The notes: generated by a model from the sequence alone, not told the origin. Shown: positions 50,136-59,736, numbered from the stretch's first letter. The stretch is 64,000 bases of DNA from Candidatus Gottesmanbacteria bacterium (GCA_016214885.1 JACRMP010000005.1:70725-134724); one strand, 5' to 3'. Program-made: numbers and translations.

Positions 50136-51035
50136 ATGACCGCAAGAAAAAAGGCGCTGGCGGCTTTACTTCTTGTATCAGTCCTTTGGGGGACTGCTGG
50201 AGTAACCGCAAAAATACTTATTCAGGAACTTGACCCCTTTGTGGTGCTGTTTTACCGTTTTGGATTTGCATCGCTCATCCTGCTTCCGTGGTTTATCAAA
50301 GCACACAAACCTACTCACATGTGGCGCACCCTTATTCCATTCAGCTTGTTAAGCATTGGTAATGCGATATTTTTTTATCTTGGGATTGTGCATACAACCG
50401 CCGTCGCCGCATCGGTGATAAATACCAGCACTCCGCTGTTGACTGCTTTTTTTTCACACGCGCTTATCAACGAACGGACATCGAAAGAAAAAATTACCGG
50501 CATCATCATCGGTTTATTCGGCACACTCATCATTATCCTTCTCCCCCTTTGGAAAGAGGGGAAAAGCATCGGCGGGGATTTTATAGGTAACTTATTCATC
50601 CTTCTCTCGGTCACCAACTGGACGCTATACCTTGTAGGGTCGCGGAAGTTTATCTCTCAGGAAAAATTTTCTCCGATCGTCATGACGGAAATTAATTTTC
50701 TTACCCTTACCTGTGTCAGCCTGATCCTCGCACTTATTACAGGGCAGTCGTTTTTCACCAGCGCGTTTTACAATCCTTCATATGTACTGCTTCTTATTTA
50801 TGCCACGATACCCGTCACGGTTATCACCTTTGGATTATTTCAGTGGGTGATCAAACATATTTCCGCAACCACCGCATCCCTAAAAGATTATGTACAGCTC
50901 ACCGTCGGCATGGGATTATCTTTGCTAATACTCGGTGAGACAATAAACACCCCATTTATTATCGGAAGCGCCATTGTCATTATTGGCGTCGGCATCAGCA
51001 CGGGGAAAGCTATTTGGCGAACTCTTCGTGGATAG
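50136..51035 (+). CDS. DMT/EamA family transporter
   Basis: 10 TM in two repeats; LWG, YRF, LINER, LGE. Confidence 0.88.
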   Translation: MTARKKALAALLLVSVLWGTAGVTAKILIQELDPFVVLFYRFGFASLILLPWFIKAHKPTHMWRTLIPFSLLSIGNAIFFYLGIVHTTAVAASVINTSTPLLTAFFSHALINERTSKEKITGIIIGLFGTLIIILLPLWKEGKSIGGDFIGNLFILLSVTNWTLYLVGSRKFISQEKFSPIVMTEINFLTLTCVSLILALITGQSFFTSAFYNPSYVLLLIYATIPVTVITFGLFQWVIKHISATTASLKDYVQLTVGMGLSLLILGETINTPFIIGSAIVIIGVGISTGKAIWRTLRG

Positions 51036-51559
51036 CATCGCGGATATCCTTCCACCAGTCCTGCGAATCGGTGTTAGTGAGCGCCGTCATAAGCGCGACG
51101 GACTCCGGAAGCCGCACGCGGAGTGAATTTGCATCCATCCATTCTTTGGCATGCGAATTGCCTTTTTCCAAAAGAATTCTGCATTCCACACCGAACGCAA
51201 TCACATTGGCTTCATAGACAATCTGTGCCTCCAGCGTTTGTTTCGCTTCATACTCATTCAGTAACGCAAGCAGCTCGTCATCAATATTTTTAAAAATATC
51301 CTCATTGGCTTTATCCTCATGGCGGGTCATATAGCGCTTGGCCATTTTATCCATCTCACCCGTTCTGAGAAACATGACGGTCAGCACCCGCGGTAGTGTT
51401 GATTTCCTTTGCGAGAAAATATGCAATCACGGCTGTCATAAACGAATGTTCGCCTACATCCTCCTGATTATCACCCAGGCGCTGCCATCCCGTCCGCAGC
51501 ATGCGCTTCACATTCGCAGCTTCGTAAATAAGATTGGTAAGTCTTTTTTGATCATTCAT
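51010..51559 (-). pseudogene. disrupted HD-domain (YfbR/HDDC2-like) nucleotidase
   Basis: RTGW..EDVGEHSF half and RTGE half are in different frames; the expected HD motif is absent. Confidence 0.7.
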
Positions 51560-51579
51560 AACTGTATTATAACCCTATG

Positions 51580-51651
51580 TACTCTCGGCGGGAGTCGAAC
51601 CCACATCACAGCCTTCGGAGGGCCGCATTCTATCCATTGAACTACGAGAGC
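51580..51651 (-). tRNA. tRNA-Arg(CCG)
   Basis: GCTCTCG/CGAGAGT acceptor; CGGCC-CTCCGAA-GGCTG region; GTTCGAC. Confidence 0.95.
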
Positions 51652-51796
51652 CTCTAGGACAAAACCTTCGGTTTTTTCCTAACGATTTTCCCTAATAGGT
51701 GTCGCGAAGGGTTCGATAAATCCAATCCACACCTTCGCGACGAATTTAACCCTGAGCCTCAGGGGCTACTCTATCATCCTACAACGGTTATTCGCT
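51652..51796 (-). ncRNA. candidate structured RNA between the promoter and tRNA-Arg(CCG)
   Basis: TATAAT at 51808-51803; three hairpins including a perfect 10-bp GTCGCGAAGG/CCTTCGCGAC. Confidence 0.4.
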
Positions 51797-51844
51797 TAGC
51801 GTATTATACCGCCGTTTCCATGGCTCTGCTAGAATGGAGTGAAT

Positions 51845-53929
51845 ATGATGAAAAGAAGGGTGCAGGTGGTTTGTATCATATTGGCAGCATATATAGCTCT
51901 CGTCCTGTACGCAAACCGTGCGCTTTTATCCTCCCGCTTTGACAAAGCTTACTGGCAAGACAGGTATGAGCAATCACAATGGAGACTCCCCCTCTCAGAC
52001 CGTGTTATCGGAGATGACGGACTATATCTGTATGAAGGGTATCGCCTGATCCGCGGCGGTGATCCAACGATTTCCAACGCCGAGATGCCGCCGCTTGGCA
52101 AATACCTCATCGGTACAAGCATCGTCCTTTTCGGCAACGGACATATTTATGGACTCATCATCACACTGCTCCTGCTATTGACCACGTATATTCTGGCAAA
52201 AAAAATACTGAAAGAAACATTCCTTGCCCTCGCTGCGGCCATGCTTCTTGCTACAGATCCGCTCATTACCAACCAATACACCCTCACCATGATGGACGCA
52301 CTTCAGGCACTACTGCTGGTAATATACCTCGCCCTGCTTGCTAGGATAGAAAACGGCAGGCGACATGTCTTTTATATTCTAGTAAGCGGTTTGACGCTTG
52401 GCTTATTCTCCGGCACGAAGCTTCCTGTTCTTACCCCGCTATTGGGAATTGCCGGCATATGGCACCTATTCACCCAATCCAAAAAAACGCAGGATATCAT
52501 TCTTTTCCTCATAGGCGTCGCCGCCGGATATCTGTTGCCGTACACAGTATATTTTTTTCAGGGTCATACGGTTATGGATTGGCTCAAAATCCAAAAATGG
52601 ATCGTGATGTTTTACCGACAGGGGAATATTTCTCCTACGTGGGGCAGCAGTATTACCACACTACTCACCGGCTACTATCAAAACTTGTTTTCCCATGCAT
52701 GGGAACGCGCGGCTGAATGGAGCCCTGTTTGGGGATTACTGACACTCGCCACGCCCGCTGCCATAGTGGCATGGATAAAAACAAAGAAAAAAGAAACCCT
52801 TTCCCTTCTTATTCCCAGCATTGCGCTTATTATCATCGGCATCTATGCCATAATTCCGTTTTGGACACGCTACCTCGTAGTCATACTACCCCTCCTCTAT
52901 ATCGCTGGCATAGCAACCCTTAGCCGCATCCCTTCAAAAATATTTTCAGCAACGGTAGCCATACTGGCTATCATAAACATGACCGCCTCACTACCCGTGC
53001 TTTTTCCGTCGGCAACCCCATCCATCAACCAGTTTATCTATAACACCAGCCACCGGCAGTTTGCTGATTTATATGAAGACCTCACCCGTGATGCAAAAAA
53101 CAATTGGTCACGGAATGAATTCAGATCAATGGGTCTTGCCGCAATGGCAGATGCGGAAATAGAACACATTGAGATTACGCCAACCGCAGTTACCCCTTAT
53201 GGTTATCTAACCTCTCCCCAATATCTTTCTGCTGAGGCAACCTTTTATACAAGACGCCTCGGCATATTTACCCACACCATCACTATCCCTTTTGTACGGG
53301 AAGATAACAGATGGCGCATCCCCTGGAAATGGGATCTTCTTATTCCTGGGCTTACTGCAAACACACGCCTCGAAACGACTGTCCAGGATGCAAAACGGGG
53401 AGCAATTCTGGGGAGTGATAAAAAACCCCTCGCTGAAGATGCTATGGGTGTTGCGCTCTGGATTACCCCGCAATCAATAGACCCTTCCCGGGAGAATGAG
53501 CTTCTCTCACTTATAGAAACGGTGTTTGACGGACGGATCCCCAAGGTGGCCATCCACCAGCGAATGGTCGGTAATATTCTGCCAAATACGCCGGTGATAA
53601 TCGGCACCATTCCGCACCCGGCGACTGATCCTAACGTTGTGGCTCTTGCGGCGTTCCCGGGAGTAACATTGCTACCAGCCTTCACCCGGCTTACCTATCC
53701 TAACCATGTCGTAGACATAGGAACACTCACCAACACCAGCTACTCAGAATGCTGCACTTACCTCTACACAACCACAACCTATGACGGGGTTAGCGGCACG
53801 GAAAAAATAAAAAACAATCAGCTTAAGGGAATTAATGGCGGTACGCTTGTGATTAAGGATGCGGAAGGGAAAATCGTGAAAACACTTATAAGTGTCACTA
53901 AAAAAGACGGTGAAAACGTGCAGCCCTAA
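51845..53929 (+). CDS. GT-C membrane glycosyltransferase fused to NTF2-like (MecA_N) and PBP-dimerisation-like domains, without transpeptidase
   Basis: IGDD..Y, NAEMPPLGKYLIG, many TMs; WRIPWKWDLLIPGL, AKRGAI, GVSGTE..NQLKGING, DGENV then stop. Confidence 0.75.
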   Translation: MMKRRVQVVCIILAAYIALVLYANRALLSSRFDKAYWQDRYEQSQWRLPLSDRVIGDDGLYLYEGYRLIRGGDPTISNAEMPPLGKYLIGTSIVLFGNGHIYGLIITLLLLLTTYILAKKILKETFLALAAAMLLATDPLITNQYTLTMMDALQALLLVIYLALLARIENGRRHVFYILVSGLTLGLFSGTKLPVLTPLLGIAGIWHLFTQSKKTQDIILFLIGVAAGYLLPYTVYFFQGHTVMDWLKIQKWIVMFYRQGNISPTWGSSITTLLTGYYQNLFSHAWERAAEWSPVWGLLTLATPAAIVAWIKTKKKETLSLLIPSIALIIIGIYAIIPFWTRYLVVILPLLYIAGIATLSRIPSKIFSATVAILAIINMTASLPVLFPSATPSINQFIYNTSHRQFADLYEDLTRDAKNNWSRNEFRSMGLAAMADAEIEHIEITPTAVTPYGYLTSPQYLSAEATFYTRRLGIFTHTITIPFVREDNRWRIPWKWDLLIPGLTANTRLETTVQDAKRGAILGSDKKPLAEDAMGVALWITPQSIDPSRENELLSLIETVFDGRIPKVAIHQRMVGNILPNTPVIIGTIPHPATDPNVVALAAFPGVTLLPAFTRLTYPNHVVDIGTLTNTSYSECCTYLYTTTTYDGVSGTEKIKNNQLKGINGGTLVIKDAEGKIVKTLISVTKKDGENVQP

Positions 53930-54342
53930 GCGTCGATAAGCGACAGGTCGCCGTTTATCACGGTAGGTTGGATCGCGTGCATTTCCGTCATATAATCCAT
54001 ATCGGGCACAGGATAGAGAAGATACACCTTCTTATCAAGTCCGAATGCATACCCCATCTCCAAAAAGGTATTACCGCCTATATATCCCGGAATACCTTTT
54101 TTCTCATAGTTTAATATAAGGATTGCATCGGAAGCTTCGATTTTCTTGAAGTGCTCACGGATGAAATTATATTCAATTTTTGCCGTTATCCGCTCTTCAT
54201 CACTTTCCATATATGATTCATTTTTGTGGACATCATCGAGCTCTCCGGGAACAAACACGGTGAATCCCCGCGACAGCAACTGGTCTCGCACGCTGGCCAT
54301 TTCCTTATGAAACTGCATGGAACCGCAAATCGTAATTATCAT
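53926..54342 (-). CDS. nucleoside 2-deoxyribosyltransferase-like protein
   Basis: ICGS, SDAILILN, YIGGNTFLEMGYA. Confidence 0.65.
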   Translation of the reverse strand: MIITICGSMQFHKEMASVRDQLLSRGFTVFVPGELDDVHKNESYMESDEERITAKIEYNFIREHFKKIEASDAILILNYEKKGIPGYIGGNTFLEMGYAFGLDKKVYLLYPVPDMDYMTEMHAIQPTVINGDLSLIDA

Positions 54343-54434
54343 AATTAATTACCTAATTACAAGGGAGTTGTCCCCGTCCTTATTCATCTACCAGCCAATT
54401 ATACTCCACGAAGCCGTTCCGGTATGCCTTTGCG

Positions 54435-55376
54435 TCACAAACTCATATACCGGCGCTGCAAAAATGCCTTAAGCTGCCTTACTGGCAGTATCATTTTAAT
54501 ATATTTTTTAATTCGTTCCGCTTCTGTTAAGCCATCGCCATACGCAGTATTGTCGTGTATTCCTGCGTTATGAAATGCCTTCATTCTCGTCGAGCAGGGA
54601 GGACACGTACCGCAGTGCAGACGCTCCCCCTTATAACACGTCCACGTTTTTTCTAACGGCAAACGGTGCGCTGTACCGATTCGCACCAGTTCGTCTTTAT
54701 CAAAGAAGTATCCCAACTCCTTCTCCATAGGAAGTGAGGTGAATTGCCAGGAAAAATCATCATCCATACAACACAAATTAAGCATTATTGCCCGGAGCGA
54801 CTGGAAAGACTCGTATCCATACCACTCTGAATTGGATGGTAACCATGCACCCACAATTGTCCTTACGTTAACCCCGTTCACCTCTTCAAGATACTTTGCA
54901 TAATACACGCCGTAATTTGCATAAAAAGATGGCTGAAGCGGAACTCCTTTGCGGTTTTGGTACTTAATGACATCATTTTCTTTTCGAAGAATAACATCTT
55001 TGACCTCGGCGGGAGGAACGGTAAATTTCATTTCAAAAATATCATGGAACTGCCCCGGATACTGACGGCGGAAATACGCGGAAAAAAATGCGAGCGATTT
55101 TTTGATTCTTTTTTCATGCGGAAGCATTCGGTTAATAAATAACGGATATACTTGCAGCCCATATTCTTTAAGAAGAATCGAGGCGACTACGGTTGTATCG
55201 AGCCCTCCCGACATCAACACAATAACCGGGCTTCTTTTTTTGGGCATGTTGAATACATATCCTCTTTTATGGATTAGTATTTTTTCGATCCTGTTAATAA
55301 CAGCCCTATCATTAATACGGTTGGCGGCTATCCGTTTATTTATTGCGCTATGATCTAACTTATGTGCTTTTTCCAT
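54435..55376 (-). CDS. QueC-like PP-loop ATPase
   Basis: MSGGLDT; K.ELV..G....LPLEKTWTCY...HCGTCPPC Zn site. Confidence 0.8.
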   Translation of the reverse strand: MEKAHKLDHSAINKRIAANRINDRAVINRIEKILIHKRGYVFNMPKKRSPVIVLMSGGLDTTVVASILLKEYGLQVYPLFINRMLPHEKRIKKSLAFFSAYFRRQYPGQFHDIFEMKFTVPPAEVKDVILRKENDVIKYQNRKGVPLQPSFYANYGVYYAKYLEEVNGVNVRTIVGAWLPSNSEWYGYESFQSLRAIMLNLCCMDDDFSWQFTSLPMEKELGYFFDKDELVRIGTAHRLPLEKTWTCYKGERLHCGTCPPCSTRMKAFHNAGIHDNTAYGDGLTEAERIKKYIKMILPVRQLKAFLQRRYMSL

Positions 55377-56865
55377 AATCTTTAGAAACACTTCTGAATA
55401 ATTGCTCGTACTCCGAGGCAGCACTCTCCCATGTGTTCCGGTAATTCATACAATTTCTTATCAGCCGATACCTATCCTCGCGCATGCGATATACACTGAG
55501 CGCTCTCATTATTGCACGGTAAAGCGCCCGATCATCCCTCTGCATATAAGAAAATCCGTTTCCGCGACCAGTAACCAGTGAATAATCAACGATCATGTCG
55601 TTAAGACCCCCTGTTCTGCGCACAATAGGGATACAGCCATACCGCATGGCCTCTAGCACAACAATGCCGCCCGGCTCATAATTACTCGGCACTACAATCA
55701 TATCGGAGCCGGCAAAAACCATTCTCGGCATATGTATATCGTGCACAAGCTTAATACCCGTTTGACGGGGAAATTCCTTTCTTAAACGCCAAAATAATTC
55801 ACAATAATAATCTTCTCCATCGCCAATGCCTATTACCTGCAGCAAGGGTGTTTCTCGTAATATCCTTCTCATCGCCATGAAGAAAAATTCCAACCCTTTT
55901 TGTGAAGACATCCTTCCCACGTAACCCAACAACGGAGCGTCGCCGTGATCCGGCAATGAAAATATATTGCGTAATATTTTTTTGTTTTTTGCTCTATTCT
56001 TAATAACATTGATATCTGAATACCGGAACCCGATGTGTGTATCCGACTGAGGATCAAAATCACGGTAATCCAGGCCGTTTAGTATGCCGCTTAATTTGGG
56101 CCGTATCTTTGTTATCACCCTTCCCAGGTTATACGAGAATTCATAGTCATCCGATGCTATTTCTTTAGCATGAGTCGGGCTCACCGTATTCACTGCGTCG
56201 GCAAACACCATCCCCCTGGATAACGAGTTCTGTCTGCTTAATTCAGGCGATTCTAATGGAGCAAGAGGCGACTTCCCCATATCCAATTCAGCATCATCCA
56301 TATACTGAAATTTAATCTCATTTTGATACTTAAAATTGTGCACGGTGTATACAACAGGTATATATTTCAATGTCGTATAGCGCTTTACCCTTTTTAATAA
56401 CTCAACAAAATATCCGGTATGCCAATCATGACACTGTATTACATCGGGTAACCAGCCGCCGGCGCGCTTATGGAAGAGCAATAACTCAGCACACGTACGC
56501 GAAAACGTATAATATCTTTTATAATCATCCGCATATCCGTAAACCTGTGACCGCAAACCGAAATAATCCGGAATATCGATAAAATACATATACTCGTTTA
56601 CTGGACTTCTCTTCAGTATTTTGATGTGCAGCCACGATCCATGATTCATACCCGTATTCTTTCCGGTTATCCTCAGATTTTTTTCTTCCGAGTAAGTTTT
56701 TTTGTTTTCTTTTACGTAGTCAACTACGCTTTTGTGCAGAGGTGTTGCTATACGCACATCATGACCCTTCACCGACAATGCTTTTGCCAGTGCATATGTT
56801 CCCCTTGCCAAACCACCCACATGACTAAAGGGAGCTACCTCCGCAACCAGTATTAATACATTCAT
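55360..56865 (-). CDS. glgA: glycogen/starch synthase (GT5)
   Basis: EVAPF..VGGLA, CHDWH, TVHN, GILNGLD, PSNYEPGG, RRTGGL. Confidence 0.88.
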   Translation of the reverse strand: MNVLILVAEVAPFSHVGGLARGTYALAKALSVKGHDVRIATPLHKSVVDYVKENKKTYSEEKNLRITGKNTGMNHGSWLHIKILKRSPVNEYMYFIDIPDYFGLRSQVYGYADDYKRYYTFSRTCAELLLFHKRAGGWLPDVIQCHDWHTGYFVELLKRVKRYTTLKYIPVVYTVHNFKYQNEIKFQYMDDAELDMGKSPLAPLESPELSRQNSLSRGMVFADAVNTVSPTHAKEIASDDYEFSYNLGRVITKIRPKLSGILNGLDYRDFDPQSDTHIGFRYSDINVIKNRAKNKKILRNIFSLPDHGDAPLLGYVGRMSSQKGLEFFFMAMRRILRETPLLQVIGIGDGEDYYCELFWRLRKEFPRQTGIKLVHDIHMPRMVFAGSDMIVVPSNYEPGGIVVLEAMRYGCIPIVRRTGGLNDMIVDYSLVTGRGNGFSYMQRDDRALYRAIMRALSVYRMREDRYRLIRNCMNYRNTWESAASEYEQLFRSVSKDYGKST

Positions 56866-56879
56866 GTTTTCTTTCTTGT

Positions 56880-58208
56880 CTAAACAATATCTTCTAAATC
56901 TGCGAAAAACTCATTGAGCACTCGCCGTTTCAGATGTGGCAAAAAATAGCATTTATATAAAACAATTTTTTTGGCTGTGTTCGGATAAAATAACACATTT
57001 GTTTTACCTGGAAAAAAATTGTATTTTTCTTCAATATTTTTTGGCAAACGAAAGTGCGTTAGCCCCTTGAACACAAGTCCGCATGAAAGGCTGTCTGCAT
57101 GAGTAATTACCTCTGTTTCCGGCAGCATCGCCTGAATTTTTTCTATAAAAAACTTCTTGTTTCTCTTCTGCTCATTTACTATATCGGTATACCCTGTTTT
57201 ACCCAACGTGTGGATCATAGTCCAAATACTAATTGCAGGTATGCCGGACCGTGAACCCAAAAGGGTAGCATCGGTTTCACGCAGGTAGTCAATCTTCCGT
57301 TCAATAATTCTTTTTAATTCTCTTCGATAAATGATGGTACCCGCAGGATACGGCACCTGTCCGAATTTATGAAAATCGACAACAAACGTCTTTATGTAAG
57401 ATGACTGAAACGGACGGAAATCTTTTCGGATAAACGGAGAAACTAATCCGCTCATCGCAGCATCAATCCAGAAAAAAAACTCGGTATTTTTTAACTTCTT
57501 TTTTAATTTGTCGGCCTCCCGGACAATCGACTCGATATCATCACTTGTTCCTGTAGAGGTATAACCAAGAGTAAGCGGGATAATAAACCCACGATACCCT
57601 TTCCTGAAAAGAGTTTGCACTAGATTTTTAAATCCATCCCCGTCCATACCCCATTTAGTATTTAGCGGCACGACAAATTGCGGAACACTGCAAAGTTGCC
57701 CAGCCTTCCTCACTGAATAGTGTGTCAGACTCGATTTGAGAAGGCAGATCATTTTTTTGCCGAAATGCTGCTCAAGGTACTGCTTACCCAACCAGACCGA
57801 AAAAATATTACCCTCTGTTGCGCCACTGGTAATATAGCCGCGTAAACCCACATGGCTTCCTCTATATAAATCGATCATGCTGTGAATAACTTCATACTCC
57901 AGCTCAGTTGTCGCGTAGGTTTGACTCACATTATCAGACCAATCGCCTAAATTCCCCGGATTATATTTAATGAACTGCTTATAAACACTGGCTGCCTCGA
58001 AATGTGGCAACGTATACAGTGAACCCAAATTGTATGTAACATTTCTTTGTTTGAGCTCAGACTCCAACCCATACAATCTCGCCTTAACCCTAAATGGTGC
58101 GGTGGGTATTCCGGGAAAAATATGTTTTGATATGCCTTTATACAATAACGACGGCTTCTCAAACTGAGAGAACACCTTCCGGGCGAATGTTTTTATTCCT
58201 ATTGGCAT
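56880..58208 (-). CDS. group II PLP-dependent amino-acid decarboxylase
   Basis: TSGATEGN, HYSVRKA, GYTSTGTSD, IDAA, DFHK, GSRSG. Confidence 0.85.
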   Translation of the reverse strand: MPIGIKTFARKVFSQFEKPSLLYKGISKHIFPGIPTAPFRVKARLYGLESELKQRNVTYNLGSLYTLPHFEAASVYKQFIKYNPGNLGDWSDNVSQTYATTELEYEVIHSMIDLYRGSHVGLRGYITSGATEGNIFSVWLGKQYLEQHFGKKMICLLKSSLTHYSVRKAGQLCSVPQFVVPLNTKWGMDGDGFKNLVQTLFRKGYRGFIIPLTLGYTSTGTSDDIESIVREADKLKKKLKNTEFFFWIDAAMSGLVSPFIRKDFRPFQSSYIKTFVVDFHKFGQVPYPAGTIIYRRELKRIIERKIDYLRETDATLLGSRSGIPAISIWTMIHTLGKTGYTDIVNEQKRNKKFFIEKIQAMLPETEVITHADSLSCGLVFKGLTHFRLPKNIEEKYNFFPGKTNVLFYPNTAKKIVLYKCYFLPHLKRRVLNEFFADLEDIV

Positions 58209-58215
58209 AGTAGTT

Positions 58216-58995
58216 TTATATTTTCTGTATGATCCCCAAACCGGACTCTTTAGGAAAGGGAAATATAATTGCGTGCTTTTTGTCAATTTCCTTCCAAAGC
58301 CTCCATACACCAAATAATCCCTTATCTAAATATCCACGGGCAACCACATCGTGGAATGATATAAAACCACCACGATCCAATTTCGGCCAAAAAAGCCGCC
58401 AATCATCTTTTACTCCTCTGTACGAATGATCGCCATCAATATAGATATATTGATACCGTTTCTTCGGAAATTTTTTTGCGTATACCGCACTCCGCATAAC
58501 GTGGGTGGTTATATAGTGTTGAACGCCTATTCGGGAAAAATGTTTTTTGATATTTTCTTTTTTCCAGAATCCAATTCCGCTCCAGTGTTTTGATGGCTCA
58601 TCCTGACCGTATCCCGCATCAACAAAGTCTATGTGTCCTTTTCTATTGTCTTTGCAGGCACGGGCGAGTGTTGCAGGAATATATCCTTTTCTGGATCCAA
58701 TTACCAAAATATTTTCAGGTTTCAAATTCCTTACGAACGCATAATGAATAAGTCCAAATCCCAAAAAAAACTGGGTATGGTTTACCTGATGCCCGTCATC
58801 CCCGTTATATAATTCAATAAGCGCACGGCTCATTGACCGTTTCATGAGTGATTGCTGATAGGAGGGGTATAACAGTCCGGAATTGATTAACAATTCTTTA
58901 AGCTCAATAATCTGTAGCCTGATTATCCAAAAAAATTTTCTTAATCCAAACCACTTTACCGCATCCAAATAACGCATCAGAACATTATTATTCAT
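58216..58995 (-). CDS. class I SAM methyltransferase (Methyltransf_24-like)
   Basis: VIGSRKG, IDGDHSY, GGFISFHD. Confidence 0.85.
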   Translation of the reverse strand: MNNNVLMRYLDAVKWFGLRKFFWIIRLQIIELKELLINSGLLYPSYQQSLMKRSMSRALIELYNGDDGHQVNHTQFFLGFGLIHYAFVRNLKPENILVIGSRKGYIPATLARACKDNRKGHIDFVDAGYGQDEPSKHWSGIGFWKKENIKKHFSRIGVQHYITTHVMRSAVYAKKFPKKRYQYIYIDGDHSYRGVKDDWRLFWPKLDRGGFISFHDVVARGYLDKGLFGVWRLWKEIDKKHAIIFPFPKESGLGIIQKI

Positions 58996-59069
58996 GAAGT
59001 TCGATTCGGTGGACAGGCAAATTTCCGCTGCCATACAACAACCGCATCACCCAGCTAAAGTAATAACAG

Positions 59070-59157
59070 CGGAGAGGGTGGGACTCGAACCCACAAATCC
59101 CCTGACGGAGATAACAGTTTTCGAGACTGTCCGGATAGCCATTCCCTGCACCTCTCC
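59070..59157 (-). tRNA. tRNA-Ser(CGA)
   Basis: GGAGAGG/CCTCTCC; ACAGT-CTCGAAA-ACTGT; long variable arm; G73. Confidence 0.93.
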
Positions 59158-59204
59158 ACAAATACACCCCGTATTATACTTCAATTGCAGCGTCGACGGG
59201 AAAA

Positions 59205-59618
59205 TCAGAGTGACGTGATGTCGCCGTTTAAGATGGTTGGACGCATGCTCGCAAGCTCCAGCTCATAACTCATCTTAGGCAGAGGATAGAGGATATATAA
59301 TTTTTTTCCCAAATAAAAAGCGACTCCCATCTCTAAAAACGTATTGCCGCCAATGTATCCCGGTATACCCTTATGCACCGGGTTCACCACAAGTACCGCA
59401 TCCGACGCTTCAATTTTTCGGAAGTGCTCCCGGATAAAATCATGCTTCGTTTCGGCTTCAAGCCGTTCCTTTACCGTCTCCGGCTTTTTAAAGGCGCCAC
59501 TCTCGATAAGGGGTAAGCTTTTGGGAACAAGCGCGTTGTGTCCGAGTGAAACGAGCGCTTTCTCAATATCGCGCATTTCTTTGTGGAACATGAGGCTTCC
59601 GCAGATGGCTATTGTCAT
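59205..59618 (-). CDS. nucleoside 2-deoxyribosyltransferase-like protein (paralog of 53926..54342)
   Basis: Shares ICGS..FHKEM, FIREHF.KIEASDA and KGIPGYIGGNTFLEMG; ATG 6 nt after tRNA-Arg. Confidence 0.7.
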   Translation of the reverse strand: MTIAICGSLMFHKEMRDIEKALVSLGHNALVPKSLPLIESGAFKKPETVKERLEAETKHDFIREHFRKIEASDAVLVVNPVHKGIPGYIGGNTFLEMGVAFYLGKKLYILYPLPKMSYELELASMRPTILNGDITSL

Positions 59619-59624
59619 ATCGAG

Positions 59625-59696
59625 TACGCCCAACAGGAGTCGAACCTGTATCAGAAGCTCCGCAAGCTCCTATTCTATCCATTGAACTATGGGCGC
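59625..59696 (-). tRNA. tRNA-Arg(GCG)
   Basis: GCGCCCA/TGGGCGT; GGAGC-TTGCGGA-GCTTC; GTTCGAC. Confidence 0.93.
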
Positions 59697-59736
59697 AAAT
59701 ACCTTCCGTATTGTACACCAAAAGCAAAGGGGTGCG

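Noticed and set aside
51356-51426. Programmed ribosomal frameshift joining the two HD-domain halves
   Set aside because: No convincing slippery site, and the HD motif would still be missing in the joined product
54343-54434. preQ1 riboswitch or 12-codon uORF next to the QueC-like gene
   Set aside because: It lies downstream of the QueC-like gene, lacks the preQ1 consensus, and the uORF has no independent support
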